Origin: Chrysomallon squamiferum
Taxonomy: Eukaryota > Animalia > Mollusca
NCBI GenBank assembly: GCA_012295275.1
Contig: CM022673.1
Coordinates: forward strand, 7,192,001-7,256,000
DNA length: 64,000 bases
Reading direction: 5' to 3'
Below the pieces are notes generated by a model. It saw only the letters and a list, made by a program, of their open reading frames with translations. It did no database searches and was not told where the DNA came from. Shown one piece after another: positions 26,196 to 46,906 of this stretch; the first letter of the stretch is position 1; every line of letters begins with the position of its first letter. Made by a program: the position numbers and the translations under genes.

Positions 26196-28894
26196 TGGAC
26201 TGTTCTATTATTGCTGTTACACTGATCTGGACCTGACTTAGACGTCAAGTTGTATGTGAACCAAGTCACTTCAAACGCTAACAAGAAAGATTTTCTAAAC
26301 GAATCATGCACCAAAGACAAATGACAAGTTCTGTGTCAGTTTTGCAGTATAAGTGAAGACCTCTTAGAACATGAAGGAAACAAAATTGCATGCCCTAAGA
26401 ATGATATGCATTAATAATAATTATGATAATAATAATAAATATCGTACCTTACGTTAGATATGTTAGTAATGTGGTCTGTACAAAAGATAGTAACTGGATA
26501 TTATTGTATAACTATTAATCTATAAATATTATATATGACAATCAATAATGCAAATTTGGACCATTCTTGATCATCAGTGTAATCGTATACAATACTAGCC
26601 GCCAGTTCGTTGATTAGTTAGTCTGTTTTTCCTTCAAAAGCAAATTAGAAGTCATATTTGTCCATAAACGATAACTGTGAGGTGAAAACGATAATTTTGT
26701 TAAAAATAAATTTGTTTAATGTGTACGTTATGAGTTGCTGATGCCTGTTTCAGTTTCCGTGTGCCAATTTGTCGTTGTATTTTAATGATGTGACATCGTT
26801 TTAGCAACATGCTGATGTCAGTCTCCGCCATTCGATCATGTATTCAAATATGCCATCAAATGCATGTTAGAAAAATTACTATGTAGCGCTATAGCTTTTT
26901 CTTGGTAATAAAAAATATGCCAGGTTTAATTTATGTTGGCTTTTTACGTAAGCCGTATATATGCTGAATATCTAAGCAAAGGTTTGCTTTGTAATTTAAC
27001 TGCTGAATGTGTACAAGTTACAAAATGTGTTTAAAGAAGAATTGCTTCTTTGTAAATGTGTGGGTAGAACTGATACTGTAGTAACGTGAAAACGTGCTTG
27101 TTATTCTTGTTTATCTGAAATATCGCGTTATGACATAATACAAACGTTACTGATTAATCTAAATGTTTTCTGGGCTTGTGTTATGAACTACGAAATGGTA
27201 TTATTTAAATACGTATAACCGAAAGCTTAGGACCAACATCTAGCACAGTTGAACAAATGCAAACTGAATTACCTTAAAACTAACTTTTAAGGGGAGTTAT
27301 AATAATTAATCTTTGAAGTTAAGAGCACCCCACACCCTTTTTATGCTACCCTGGAACAGCCGCTTTGTGTGAACTTAATTCACCGTATTCTAAAAGCATT
27401 TTTGCTATGTATATCAAATTTGACTCCGCGTTCAATTTTTCAGCAAATTGCTAATCTCGAATCAGTACTTGTTTCTCACTGTTTATTAATATTGAATGTT
27501 ACAAAATAATGTGCATTGTTAGTTGTTATTATTAGCCTTTACAAATTAATGTCAGATTATGTTCCACAGACAAATGGAGTTTGTGTGCTATTTGACATAA
27601 GCAATACGGTTCATGGACATTCCAGATTTTACAAATACAATGTTTAAAATCCAGTTGTTTTCTTTTCATGCAGCTTTTGATGCATTTTGTCACATTTTTA
27701 GACCGCCGACTGAAATGATACGATACATATAATATTTATCATATTTAATTACTTATTTATTTATTCGTTTGTTTGTTTATTTGTTTGTTTGTTTGTTTCA
27801 TTCCGTATCAAAATCTGGTACATTCCAAATTTATAATATTATTATTGCTGTAAAATCAAGATACATATATGATGCTTATGAATAATATAATTTAGTAACG
27901 TTCGTTCAATAATAATAATAATAATAATAACAAGCCTGTTCATTGAACTTTTCTTTAAATCAAAATTATGCTATTAATGCACACACACAAATACACACAC
28001 AGACACACACACACACATATAATGTTTTTGGTTTTAAAACTGTTACTATTATTATTTATTTATCTATTTATTTGTCATCATTTCATGAGAATTAATCACT
28101 ATTGTGTTCAGATTTGTTTTGTATGCCGTTGTGACGGTAAACATCGAAAATGAAAACAGGCAATACTGTGATAGATTCAGCTGCAATAAAAACAAATAAA
28201 CTATTTTGTAAGAAAAACCTATTGTTCGTTATTTGTTTCGATTAACATGTTTTTGATATAATTTGCATGTATGTTTACAACATGTATATACATTTTTTTT
28301 CCTTATAAATATGAAGGAAAATGTTTATGAATTGAATTATCGTTGGAAAAAGTTGCCACTGTCTTTCAGTATTTAAAAAAAAAAAAAAAAAAAAAAAAAA
28401 TTATTATTATATTTTTTTTTAAATATAAATTATACGAGATAGATTTCTGTTTGTTATTTATTCATTTTATCGTTCTTGTTGTTGTTGTTATTATTAATGT
28501 ATTTGATTTGATATATTCCTCAGAAGTTTTAGACAGACTATTTTTAAACAGTAATTAAAACTGCTCCAGAACTAATGTATAAAGAGGAAAGAAGTATCAC
28601 TGAATTATTAAATGCACAACGGTGATGATGATAATGATGATGAGGAGGATGATAATAATTATAATAATAACAATAATAATAACAACATAAATAATGAAAC
28701 ATAAATAATAAAATGTAATAATAATAATAATAATAATAATAACAACAACAACAACAAATAAATATATAAATAAATAAAACAAAAAAGAGTACAAATTTTT
28801 ATATAAATCTGAAAGCTGTGTATGTATTAAAGATACCAAATATTATTCTAACAGTTCTTTCGGAATAATTATTATGAATGAGAAAAATGCAGTG

Positions 28895-29010
28895 ACCATT
28901 TTATGGGTTACACTCATTAGAAGGAAGCTATCATTTACATGCACACTCCTGTAGATAAAAAGCGCCTAGAGCGGCCTCTGACAAACCAGTCGTTGAGCAT
29001 CGCCAACAAG
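28895..29010 (-). mobile_element. Degenerate mollusc-type SINE central-domain fragment
   Basis: Minus strand ...TGCTCAACGACTGGTTTGTCAGAGGCCG...TGTGCATGTAAATGATAGCTTCCTTCTAATGAGTGTAACCCAT resembles a gastropod tRNA-SINE core as I recall it; a related fragment lies at 60150-60222. Confidence 0.45.
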
Positions 29011-29108
29011 GGGACGCAACTCAAAATGCGCTTGAATAATATTGAGCCTGCGTCCTGTCATGGGTCTACCACGGAATTATAGGCCACCCTTTTCCCAAAT
29101 GCACTTAA

Positions 29109-29111
<3 letters not shown>

Positions 29112-29143
<32 letters not shown>

Positions 29144-29306
29144 ATGTACAAACTTTATTTCAATATATAGATATATAGGCCTATATAAAACTAAATCAGA
29201 AATAAAATATACATAAAATATATATGTAGGCCACATGTAAAGTTGAAAAAAGATTGTAACTTACCTACAATAAATCCATACAATGAACATTATTACTTAT
29301 AAATTA

Positions 29307-29344
<38 letters not shown>

Positions 29345-29521
29345 ATGTAATTACTTCGCTTCAATATATAGATATATAGGCCTATATATATCACACAAAG
29401 CTAAATCAGAAATAAAATATACATAAAATATATATGTAGGCCACATGTAAAGTTGAAAAAACATTATAACTTACCTACAGTAAATCCACACAATGAACAT
29501 TATTACTTATAAATTATCACT

Positions 29522-29577
<56 letters not shown>
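29112..29577. repeat. Tandem duplication of a unit of about 200 bp bounded by (CA)n tracts
   Basis: Two near-identical units (CGAATGTA...CTAAATCAGAAATAAAATATACATAAAATATATATGTAGGCCACATGTAAAGTTGAAAAA...TAAATTATCAC) at about 29141-29309 and 29342-29520, with three (CA)n arrays flanking and separating them. Confidence 0.9.
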
Positions 29578-29581
<4 letters not shown>

Positions 29582-30150
29582 TACACAGGCCAAAAGTAAT
29601 TACGTTTCTAAGCAGATGCTTATGACGTTAATATCCAGTTGGTTCTTTGTTACTTCGACAAAAATGACTAAGTGTCGAGGTGGTAATTATATGTCGATTC
29701 CGGTCTTGATTTGTTTTATTTTATATAATAATAATATTGCACGTGCAGAGAGCAAAACAGGAGATGTGAAATATAGTTAATTTGTATTGAACATTATTAT
29801 AGTATTTTATATCAGAAAATATTTCAATTATCATAACCGTCCATTAATAAATTACCATTTTAACAATTAATTATTCCAAAAATTGTTTGTGACTTGCCAT
29901 CCGGTACAGTTAGACCTGGCCTGTAGATTAATAATAAATCAATGGATCTAGAACCTGTCACGATGGGCGCTATTTTACAAGAAACTGGTAGTCAGTCGCT
30001 TGCAATAAGACACAGCTGTTTGTGTTCATTTGTTGCGCATCATTTTACTTACAAATTGTTGTTATTTGCGAATTACTTCAGATACATTTTTAGTGCTAAA
30101 AAATTCTTGTTGCATCAGTATTTACGTTCAGTTGTTATTAGTTGTCCTGT

Positions 30151-35583
<5,433 letters not shown>

Positions 35584-38500
35584 CAGGAGATGAAAGATGC
35601 ATGTACGCCGTTATTTGCTGCAGGGATTAACTGTTGCATGCCTCCATTTGTCTTAGAACTGTTTGCGAAACTGAGACTGTATTACAATTTTTAAACTGGA
35701 CGTTAAAATTTTGAGAATTTAATCATGTTATTGAAGGCATTTTTTTTTTTTTTATATATTTGTTACTAGTCTTAGAGGATACTTCTTCATTGAAAAAAAC
35801 CCATTCATTTAAAAAGGTGCATTAAAACAGTTGGGTAGATTATGAAACTAAAAGAAATTGTTTCATCAAGAGCCTTAAGATTTTTTAATTTTTTTTTAAA
35901 ACTGCTGTATTTCATATTGATTCCTTTTTTTTTTTTTTTTTTTTTTTTACTGGATTCTTATCATCATTGATATAATGATTATAGTGGATGAGTGACATAT
36001 TATATATCTTTAAATTATTACTGTTGTGGACATATCTACAATTTCATTTTTAAATATTATTCCTCTTAAATTGATTGCTTTTTCATTAATTACATGCGTT
36101 CTTATCATGTATTTTGTTCTTCATAATTAGGTGACCAACTGGAATGCTGATTGTTATTAGTGGCTCCCTAATTAAAAAAACTCAGAAATATTTTTTAAAC
36201 ACATATAAACATTTGTATGAGATTGACAGATGTTAAGATATTGTAGAAAAAAATATATATTTTTTTTTTCCACTTCATCCTTGTCGGTTGTAACTGGAAT
36301 CACAATTTTTTATTTGTTTTATTTATTTTATTTTTTTATATATGTAATTCAGTATCTGCTTGTTGGAATATTTGATGTAATGCTTGCTGAATATCAGTCA
36401 TTACATTTGATTAACCTTTTCAAAGAATATTAAATTGACTCATTAGTCATTATAAAAAGGAAAATACTGATAAAAAGTAATTTCAGTCATAATAGGGGAA
36501 AAAAAAAAAAAATTATGTTAATTATTTTGTTCGTGGAATTATATCAATAATAACTAAACAAGAAAAAAAAAATTCTTGTCCAGACATATTCTGTAATTTG
36601 TAACAGCATGTTTTGGATAATATCATGAACAAAAATGTAGTACTAAATAAAAGAAGTTTTAAAATTATAATGTACGTGTTAATGGTATTTTTAAAAATAG
36701 TGTTTAAATTAATCTAAAGGCAAATGCTTATTAACAGACAGATTTTATTCTCCACCTTGCTTCAAAAGATTGTTAATGTTTTATTATAATGTTTCAAATA
36801 TCTGAGTTAATTTTAATGCAGTAGTTCATCTTTTTGTTTTAATTATGCTTTATATTTAAAAAAAACCCCCAAAACTCTGTTTTTTGAAGTGAGATCTATT
36901 TGTAAAAATAGATGTTTTAATTACTTCAAGATCTATTAAAATAAGACAGTTCAACCATCAGGTAATATTTTATTACTATTCTTCTTTGTGTTTTAGTGCT
37001 TTGATTTTAATACTTTGTTCCATTCATTTTTTGGAATGAGGACAAATTTTGTTTTTTTAAACCGATTTCAGATTTTTGTACAAATGAAATTTGATCCAAT
37101 CCGCAACAAATCATAAGATCTGAATCCTTTTTTCTAAGTTAATAAATCTTTTCATTTCAGTGTTTTATTTATTGCCGTAAAAACTTTTTAACATCATTAT
37201 ACATTTTATCATTCCCATCCGTCATATAGCGTTTAGCAGAAAACTCATGTTATTGTCTTTTTTCAAACAGTCAAAAATCAAAAACCTTCCTTTTTTTTAA
37301 ATTTTGTTATTTTTCAGTGATTTCAAAAATGGTTAATTTTCTTCAGCAGTACATCTCTGAGTATTTATGGAGCTGCAGTTAGTGTGAGAACAAGTATTTA
37401 CTTTTTTATTAGTGTGCATTAATCATGCTAGTCATTTTCATCAGTTAATAGCCAGGCAGGTATTATGAGCTCTTTTTCTCATGATTTTTGTGATAGTAAC
37501 TTTATTCTTTGTGATATTCAGATTCTGTGTGACACACTGCAGCAAAGACTTATACCAGAAAAAGTGCTGAAATAGACTTTCATTAAGATCATCAAAATAT
37601 CCTTCTTGTTTAAATCTTTCTATTTCAAATAATTACAGTTAAAAAGTTAGCTTGAAATAGTTAATATAACAATGATTGCTGAAAAACAATTATCAGATTT
37701 CCTGCAATTAAAAAGATAAAGAAATAATTTGTGCTGGTTGTAAGTTTATTTTTTCTGCACAGCCCATGCTTTATCTTGGAGTAAAGATTATTGTCGAGCA
37801 ATTTTGTAAAATAAATCTTTCTTCGGTGAGCTAATGTAATGTGTCTCCTTTTGTTCACTTTTGTTCTTGTAAAGTAAGTCATTCTTCTTTGTAGAACAAT
37901 TAAATGGTTTAATTTTATCAATAAACACCCTATCTTTGTCTGGGATGTTTAAATGTTAAATCATTCTCTCCTGAATAAAGAAAAGCAGCATTATGCACTA
38001 ATTTTATGATTTGTATTTAAATTTATATTTTTGGAATAAATAGGTGTGTTGTTGTGGAGTGTTCTTTTTTCTGCCCCCCCCCCACAACCTCCCAAAAAAA
38101 ACACCAATTATAACAATTAGTGGTTAAATTAGAATTTTTTAAATATAATAACTGCCATTCCACATAGAATAATAGTTAAATGGAATATTTTTTCTTTTTT
38201 CTCATTTCCCATTCCCATTTTCAATACATTTTTTATTCTTTAAGATAAATTATGCAAAATAAATCTTGATTTCTTGAATTATAATTTTTTTTTTTTTTTT
38301 TTTCCCAAGATCAGTTTGTAAAACTGAAATAAATTGTTAATTTTCTCAAAATGTCTTGGTGTCTTTTTCTTTCTTTATAATTTCCACCCTGATTGTAGCA
38401 TTTTTCTGTTCAGAGAATTTTATATTTGCCATATTCAAAATGTCTAAAACAATTGCAGAGTATATCACAAAAGAGATGAAGATGTGATAAGATAAGAAAT

Positions 38501-40401
38501 AATTCATGATCCAAATAAGGGCACATTTTTAGTGCATTTCCTATTTAATATTTTGCTTGCATAATATAATGATTAGTTGCAAATTCTCTGTCACTGAGAA
38601 ATGACAACTATTTTATTTTGAATTTTTAGAAAAATGATGGAATAAAATCCAGTATGTTTGAGTGTCTGCATTTGCAGTTTACATTAGCATATATAACTGA
38701 CGGCCAACTGAAACTTGTTGGGTCTCCACAATAATTTGTTTTTCAAAATATAACAAAACAAGAAAACTTTAAATACATTTTATAAATAAATAAATAAATA
38801 AACTTGGTACGGAAAAATAGATGTTTTCCAAATAAACACTGTGATTGCTGACCTACAATTTATAATTAATATTTTCTTTTAAAAATTGATTATATAAACA
38901 TGGTATACCCAGGAAGAAACAAGCATACTGAAGACAAATTAGTTAACAGGTATTAAAAAATCACTACTTTGAGCTGTTGTGAAAACTACCTCTTAAATTC
39001 ATTTCATTTAAAAATTACAAATGAGACTGAAAAAAATATGTTATGAAAGGCACAAGAAAATCAATGTTAGAAAATGTTTTCAAATAAAAGACTGCAATGT
39101 ATGTGTATATATGTGTGTGTGTGTGTGTGTGCGTGCATATTCAGATACAGAAATATATTCTATTTCTTTGCATCAAGAATTATAAATAAGATTTTGGAAA
39201 AAAGGCTGAAAAAAGTATCTATGAGACAAATGGCACAACTTTAAAAAACAAGCAAACATATCTAAAATATTTAAAAAATAGTATGCCATGAATGGTATTC
39301 AAACCTAGTTCAATCAAGACAATGAACTGTATTCAAGAATGTGCAAAATTCACAGAAATCATCCTAAAAAAAACCCTGCCAAACAGAAAAGCTCTTGATA
39401 TGGATTTTTTTTTTTTTTTTTTTAAAAATAGGTTTAAATAGGTGTGCATATATAAAACACACACACACACACACACACGCATGCACACATCAGAGATACA
39501 AATTGTGATACAATTAAGTTCTAGAAATACATTTTGTAGAGCATTTTCTGGTATGTCTTAATGACAGTGATCATGTAGAAAATTAAGAATCTCAACAATA
39601 AATGTATTTATAAAACCAAAAATTATTTTTTGTTTATTCTTTTTACAGATCATTTCTATCATATGTAGATGAAAGTTATAAAAAATTGCACAAGGAATTT
39701 ATAGATAATATATGTATGTACACATACATGTATTATGTATTAATTAGTGAGTGACTAATTTAATTCTTGTATTAATTATCTTTTTGTTTCTCCTCTTTTG
39801 TGAAAGACAACAGATAACTGTTCATGAACAACACTAATTAGTTAACATAGCAAACAAAAAAATTTGGAACAGCATTTGTACCATTTGAAACCATGAACAA
39901 AAATAAATCTAAGAAATAACGAATACATGGCACTTGATTTCTCAAAAGTTAAATCTCTGCTATACTTTCCTTGAATTTGATTACAGTTCATTAATAAATG
40001 CAATTAAGACTAATTGCAGACAGCGAAATGAATGAACAATGTAAAGAAAAGCATCATAAATCTATGTCATTTGAAAGATATCATTTGTAAGCACAATACA
40101 GAAAGTAGAAATACATTTCCAAAAATAACGTAAAAATTGCAAAAGCTTTTTTCTAATTTATGATTAGCAGACGTTTAAAAATATCCTTTTGATTAACTCT
40201 CAAATAAATTAATTAAATAAGATATAAAAATGAAATAAAATAAAAGTGACAGAATTTTTTTTTTAAGAAAAGAAAGAAGTAAAAACAATATAGATATATA
40301 CTGGATAAATGTCACACAGATCTACACCTCTTGAACCAATTTTACATTAAACTATTTCATTTTCTGACAGAAAAATCACAAACTGAAACTGCACTAAAAT
40401 A

Positions 40402-40449
<48 letters not shown>

Positions 40450-40834
40450 AATAAAAACATGCAAAGCATCAACTGAAATAACTGAAAATACACACACAGT
40501 TTAAAACTATTACTGAGTCAATCAGAAACACACTTACACCAAACAAAACATTCCCATGGACAAACATTAAGACAGAAATGACACCTCTTTGGTGTTAATA
40601 AGACACTTAGCAGTATGATGTTAATACTATTTAAGCTTGAAATAATTAAATTAAGATTTTTCTGCTACTTTTATGCCTACCTATGTCTGTTCACATTCTA
40701 TTATAACTATGTTAAGCAATTATTTGGCTAATGACATTAAAGTAATTATAAACAGTTTGAAATTGATGAAAATAACTATATTCTATTTTCATAATGCTAA
40801 ATTTTATTACTTTTTTTAACAATAAACATCAATA

Positions 40835-40884
<50 letters not shown>

Positions 40885-41789
40885 GCAATGAAAGCATAAT
40901 AAAAAATAAAAATTTATATTTTGTCAATTTACTGTTGAGCATTATAAACTAAGTTTAAACTATATGGCATTAATATGATAATAAAATTACAAAAAGCAAA
41001 ATGATTAAAAATGCAAAATAATTTTATTTTCAGTTTTTGTGAACTTTTATAAATAATTTTCACAATTTTAATATGCAGAGCATAAATTAAATTATAATTT
41101 TTTCTTTTTCACATATATAATTTTTTTAAATAAAAGCTTTTTCGCCTGCTATTCATGAACATTGTATTAAGATTTGGTAACTGATGTAACAAAACTATTA
41201 TTTTCTTCTTATTTATATATAATATATGTATATATATATTTATATATAATTAAATAATAATAATCATAAAAATAAATTAAATAAATAAATAAAAGATATT
41301 CAAACAATTTTAAATTGAAAGTTTTTATAAATATATAAAAAATGTTGAAAATTAAAACCATCATTAAGCATGTATCATAATTTTTGTAGCTATGACTGGC
41401 AATGTTTTCAAAACAATTCACGTATGGTAAAACTTATACAATTTATATTATAATTTCTAAATTAAATGATGTGAAGCTACCAAGTTGCTTATAAACATTA
41501 AAAGATCGATGCTCAAAATTATGTACTGATGAACATTTAATCAACACATTTTTTTTCAAATTATCAATAAAACTGTTTCAAAAATAAAATTTGTCTTTTT
41601 AATAACAAGACAATTACTTTTTCTTTTTTTGCATTGAATTTGTTCTCTGTAATTTATATTTTTCTTTTTAAAAATCACAACTTGAGATTTCTCAATATGC
41701 TATTACTTTTCACCAAATTAAGCCCAAATTAATATCAATAAACCTTGTCTAAAATAATAACCGGTTTTCGCAATGCGTCACTACTGACA

Positions 41790-44700
41790 TTAGGAGTTGT
41801 TCATAGTGTGACAAGCCTGTAGATTACCTAGCTCTCGAAGTCGCATGCTGACAGAGTCACGCTGTCTCTGTGCCAGCAGATCTTTCAGCTTGTTGTCACT
41901 CTCGGCTATGAAGGGTGGACCCACCTGGAAGGGTTCGTGGTGCACGTTGAGTTCCTGATTGAAAGGACAAACCTTGAGATGTTCACTGATGGGATTGTGA
42001 CCGCTGAAGTACCACTGTTGTACGGGCGAGAAAGATGTGCTGAACTGCCACACCTGCAACATCGTAACACATCGTGACATCTGTTTAACAGTGCCTTAAT
42101 ATCGTTAAATTTTCAATTTTAGAATAGCTGAAGTAAGCAAGTTTAATGGAGAGTAAATGTTAATACTATGAACCCTAAATGCAAAAATGCTTTCTGTTCA
42201 AGTTTATTGCTTGCCATTGCCATGGATACCAATATAGATAGCTGGAAAAATTAGGTTTTTAAAAACTGAGTTTTCAGCTACAAAATACATCATATAAGAA
42301 CAGTTTTTTTGCTTAAGTGTACGTGGTGTATATGTTGATAGTGCAACAAGCAATTTTTTTGGTTCATGCTAATTAATTTGTTTAACAGTAGTTAATAATA
42401 TTAATAATACATTACTGGATTTTAATTATATACTTTAACTCACTACAAGCCTAATCATACTTATTAATGCAATATGTTTATGTGTATCTTCTTCTAGTCA
42501 GAAAAACACACATAATGTTTTTGATAAACTGTTTGTAAATAAATAATCCAGTAGAAAACATATAACCAGTTTAAAATTTTTACTATACCACATGTGAATT
42601 ATGTCATTAGTGTAGGGTTTCAGGTTTTTATACAAGCTTGTGGCTGTTTCTTCATGTGGAATATTTATAACTGTGTCTTTGTGTTTATGACCATGATTGT
42701 GAAACATTTATAACTACAATTTCTGTACACAAACAAATCTGTTTAATTAATAAATAAGTACTTTATAGTGAATGATTTTCAGTGTGTTATTTATTTTAAA
42801 TTTGGATCAGAAAATCTGAAATGATCACCGACACTATTTTTCAAGTATTTTCTAAAAATAGTTTTTTTCAATATTTAATTGTAAGTAATAGACAATGTCC
42901 AGGTTATTAAAAAAAATAAAATAAATAAATAAATAAGAAAAAGAATAATTTATTATCAGTACCCTTCCAGCAGGCTGCCATGAGACTTTCTGTCCTGTTG
43001 TACACTTTCTCCATGTTGTCGTGACGATACCACGTTCATTGAGAAGACTGCAGCAGACATCACGAAGTAATCGACAGGTCAGAGACAGGTTACGCAGACT
43101 GAACGAGTCAAGATGACGCACGACGTGTCGCAGAACTTCAAATGGAAGTTTGACAAACAGATCATCTGCATTTTGGAAAAGATAAAAACAGCTGGTTATA
43201 TTTTACATATTTTTAACCAAAAAGAAATATCACTAAAAAAAAAAAGGAATACAGCTGATTCTCTTTCATCACTACCAGCATATAGATGATTACAACTTTT
43301 TGGCTTAACAAATAAAACAATCACTGGATAACATTAAAAAAGGGTATTAATGTCATTAATTTGTTTTTGAAAATTAATATAGTAATAACACTGTGTATGT
43401 GTCTGTATGTGTGTGTGTGTATGAATGCAGTGCCTATGTGCATAACAAAAATAATCTAAAATAGAATTTTTAAAATGTATTCTTTGCTTGAACTGTTTAA
43501 GGATATTGTTTTTAAATTATTTGGTAGTGTTTTGTTTTCACTAATTATTACTGAAACATTTACAAAATCACGAATTACCTTCTGAAGACATGGGGTATTC
43601 TGAGACTGTATCTGGTAAAGAACATAACACAATTGGTGAATAGGCTCGCTGGGACGTGAAGACAATGACATCATCATCTGTTGAGTGTGACTTATGAGGT
43701 GACTGCACAACATTCGATTTACTAACATGATTTTGTACACATTCTACACCATCAATGGCGGCCGCTTCATCAACTTCCCAGGCATCCTGAAAATCATGAT
43801 CATGAGCAGTGAAAGACATGGCAGTGGACACAATATCTGAAAGACTGTTGGTTTCCATAGTGTCACAATCCGAACGGTTGTTGTTTGATGTGTCTACATC
43901 ACAGGTCTGTAATATACTTGTTGGCGTCACTTCAGACTGAGGTATCACGTAATCATTTGATTTGTTTTTATCACAGGCAGTCATCTTCACCAAGCGGTCG
44001 AGCTGTGGGAGATCATCGAGGACCAAGCCGAAACTCTCGCTCAGATAACTGTGAGTAATGTGAGCACCTTTAGAGCGTGGCTGAAAGCGGCGGAACGAGA
44101 ATGTGCATCCTCGGTGAGCCAGAGGGCAGCGCTGTTCCATCCAGCCGTTGAAGCAGCTCTGAAGATCGACATGGACGTTTTTGTAATGCCAGGGAAACTC
44201 ATCACGGCGAAACACTTGGGCACAAAGAAATGTGTACATCTCTGATGGCTTAGGCTGGTATCGTGTTATACAGTCTATGTTGATATCCACACCAAGCAGC
44301 TCGTGCAGCTTTGTGTGACTATCTATTGGCTTGCAGTCCAATGTTTCATGTATGTCTGCAACCTCCTTCAAGAAAATTTCAAAAAATTAATTGAGATGAA
44401 AAACCATGATTAAAACAAAATACCTAAATAACCTATACATATAAATGATATATAATAATATATGCATATATTTCAAGTATGAACACAATCTTCCTTCAAC
44501 AAAACTTTAAAAATTAATTAGCCCTTTAACTTTAAACCTTACTTTTTGGGGGAGAAATGTAACGCTTCAGTTGTGCAATTATGACAGTTAATTAGTAACT
44601 TAGGGGATGACAAAGTTTCATTTGCTGAACCGATTGGTTGTTATTTTAAGTAGGAATATTCTGTGATAAGTCAAAATGGCATTTTGGTTGCATACAGATT

Positions 44701-46906
44701 ATTATGTACTGATGTCTCAATGGGTAAAAAGAAATACCAAAATTAAAACTAAACATAAATTCCATTTAACTATAAATGTATTACTGGTTATGAGATATAT
44801 ATCTCATTATCTTCTGAAAAGAATTTCTCTTCAAACCATGTAATTAAATGATCAAATTGTTATAAATTTTATTTAAGGTTTCTGAGAAACTGAATGAATG
44901 GAAATCTTTATAAAGGTAAAGTTAAGATAACAATACATGATATATAAATAAATAACATTTCAGATACACATCTTTACAACTTAAAAAACTTGAAAATTAC
45001 ATATTAACAATGGACAATATCATGATGTAAATGATTAATGTAATGACTCCATTGTTGTATAAATAAACTATTACTTGTGGTTCATCCAGCTCTGTTTGCT
45101 CTGGTTGTGGAACGCTGTCATTCCGGAAACTCGACATACACTGCACTGAATGAATGTGTTTTGACTGCGACGTGCACAAACTGCATGAGACGGGAAAACT
45201 TTCATCATTATGCTCGTAACTTTCCTGAACTTTTTCTGCATCTTCTACATTATGTGAGACCTCACTGAGATCTTCGAGCGATGAGCTGTCAGTGGGAGTA
45301 TTACCAGACAAGTGATTGGAGACCATGTCCAGCGTAACAGTCAGACTTTCAGTGGCACGTTTTGTTGCTCGGATGAGGCGACTGCAGACACTTCGCTGCA
45401 AACCCGGTGGATACTGGCAGAGATTCCAGGGGACATCACAGTCATCATCGGAGACATTTTGTGAATTCTCCTCGGAGTTTAACACATCCGATTCTGCAGC
45501 ACCGCCTCGATGACTGAACGGTGCAGCTGGGTATTTCGTCGTCAGGTAATTTCTCATTATTCTTTTTGTTTTCTTTGGTGCGTTCAGTGTCTGGATTAAC
45601 ATGCGCTGATCACTCATTGCCAAGGCAACATCCAACTGTCCACACATCACATGCCTCACACAGGATGGCACAGGCATTTTCTTGCCATCTTCTTTTGAGT
45701 GCATTGGCCATCGGTTCCATTCTGTTGGACAGCAAAGGACACTGGCTGGACACACCTCCAGATGACTTGCAAGTTTGCGACGCACCATAACCAGCGGACA
45801 GCCATTGACCGAGTTGATGCAGCTGACCCGTTCTTCTGGACAAAGCAGTGTATGCTCACTCTGAAGACACTGGTGATACCTAAAACATTAGTGAAACAAA
45901 TCCTTACAAACATACATTGATTCAGTAATGTATTGTAACCAAAAATGAGGGAATATGGCAACCACATAGTGATATACTGACACATATGCCTAGACCTGGA
46001 CAGACTAACTTAGATATCTTATGAATATTTTAATGTGATATATTAGTTGTCTCCCCAGCTTTGTGAAAGGGAATTGGTGTAATTGGTTCAAGTTAAACGA
46101 AGTGATGGTACAGAAAATGTTCAGGGTTGGTACACTTTGAAAATCAAAAATACTCCTATAAATAATTGCATCAAATGCATTAACTATTAACAAGTTTATT
46201 TTACTAGCTGTGAAATAAATTCAAAGTGTCTGTTTAATTCATTATACAAAACAAAGTTCATTAAATAAACAGGTGGCAGGTATTGCTGCTGTTGCTGATG
46301 AATGGTGGGTGAACTCATCATAGGCCATATGGGATGGTGGGCCTGATAATATGTTACTTTACTATACCAAATACAACTGATTTCAATTTGTGTGCAACAA
46401 CAATCTGTGTTTTAAGTTCTACTGCATATTTATTAAATAAAATCAATAGCAGTTAATATTTTACAGGTTTTAAAGCACATTTACATAGAAATAAAAAGTA
46501 ATGTCAAAAAAAATGTTGTTTGAATTTTATCATGGAAGTAATAAGAGTTTCTATAAAATAATTAAAAAATATGAAGAAATAAAATCAATATAAGATAAAA
46601 TAAAACAAAATAACATCATAACATAACATAACATTACATAAAATAAAAGAACCTATTAGTAATATTTATTTTAACATATTTAATATCATGTATTTTTTAT
46701 ATTTTAGTTTATTAGGTTACACTGTAAAGCACCATACTTAGTACAAAAAAAGTGCTATATGGTACAATAATAAATAATAATATATGACATGAAAAATACC
46801 TAGCAGGACAGCCTAGTTCACATGCAATCACTGGGCAACTGTCAACTCCATTCTCTTGGACGTTGCAGTATCTGGAAACACACGATTCACAGTGACTGTG
46901 CAGCAT
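41790..46906 (-). CDS. FBXO30: F-box only protein 30/40-like (N-terminal TRAF-type zinc finger, C-terminal F-box), 5 coding exons, about 721 aa
   Basis: Exons (minus): 46906-46800, 45879-45075, 44365-43579, 43165-42963, 42053-41790; 2166 nt, phases consistent. Motifs: HSHCESC, EHTLLCPEERVSCINSVNGCP, HLEVCPASVLCCPTEWNRWP, FRRDEFPWHYKNVH, GWMEQRCPLAHRGC, F-box LPFEVLRHVVRHLDSFSLRNLSLTCRLLRDVC, VWQFSTSFSPV. Likely co-ortholog of FBXO30 and FBXO40. Confidence 0.92.

Noticed and set aside
45077-45985. Overlapping ORFs on both strands
   Set aside because: Shadow frames of the GC-richer FBXO30-like exon.
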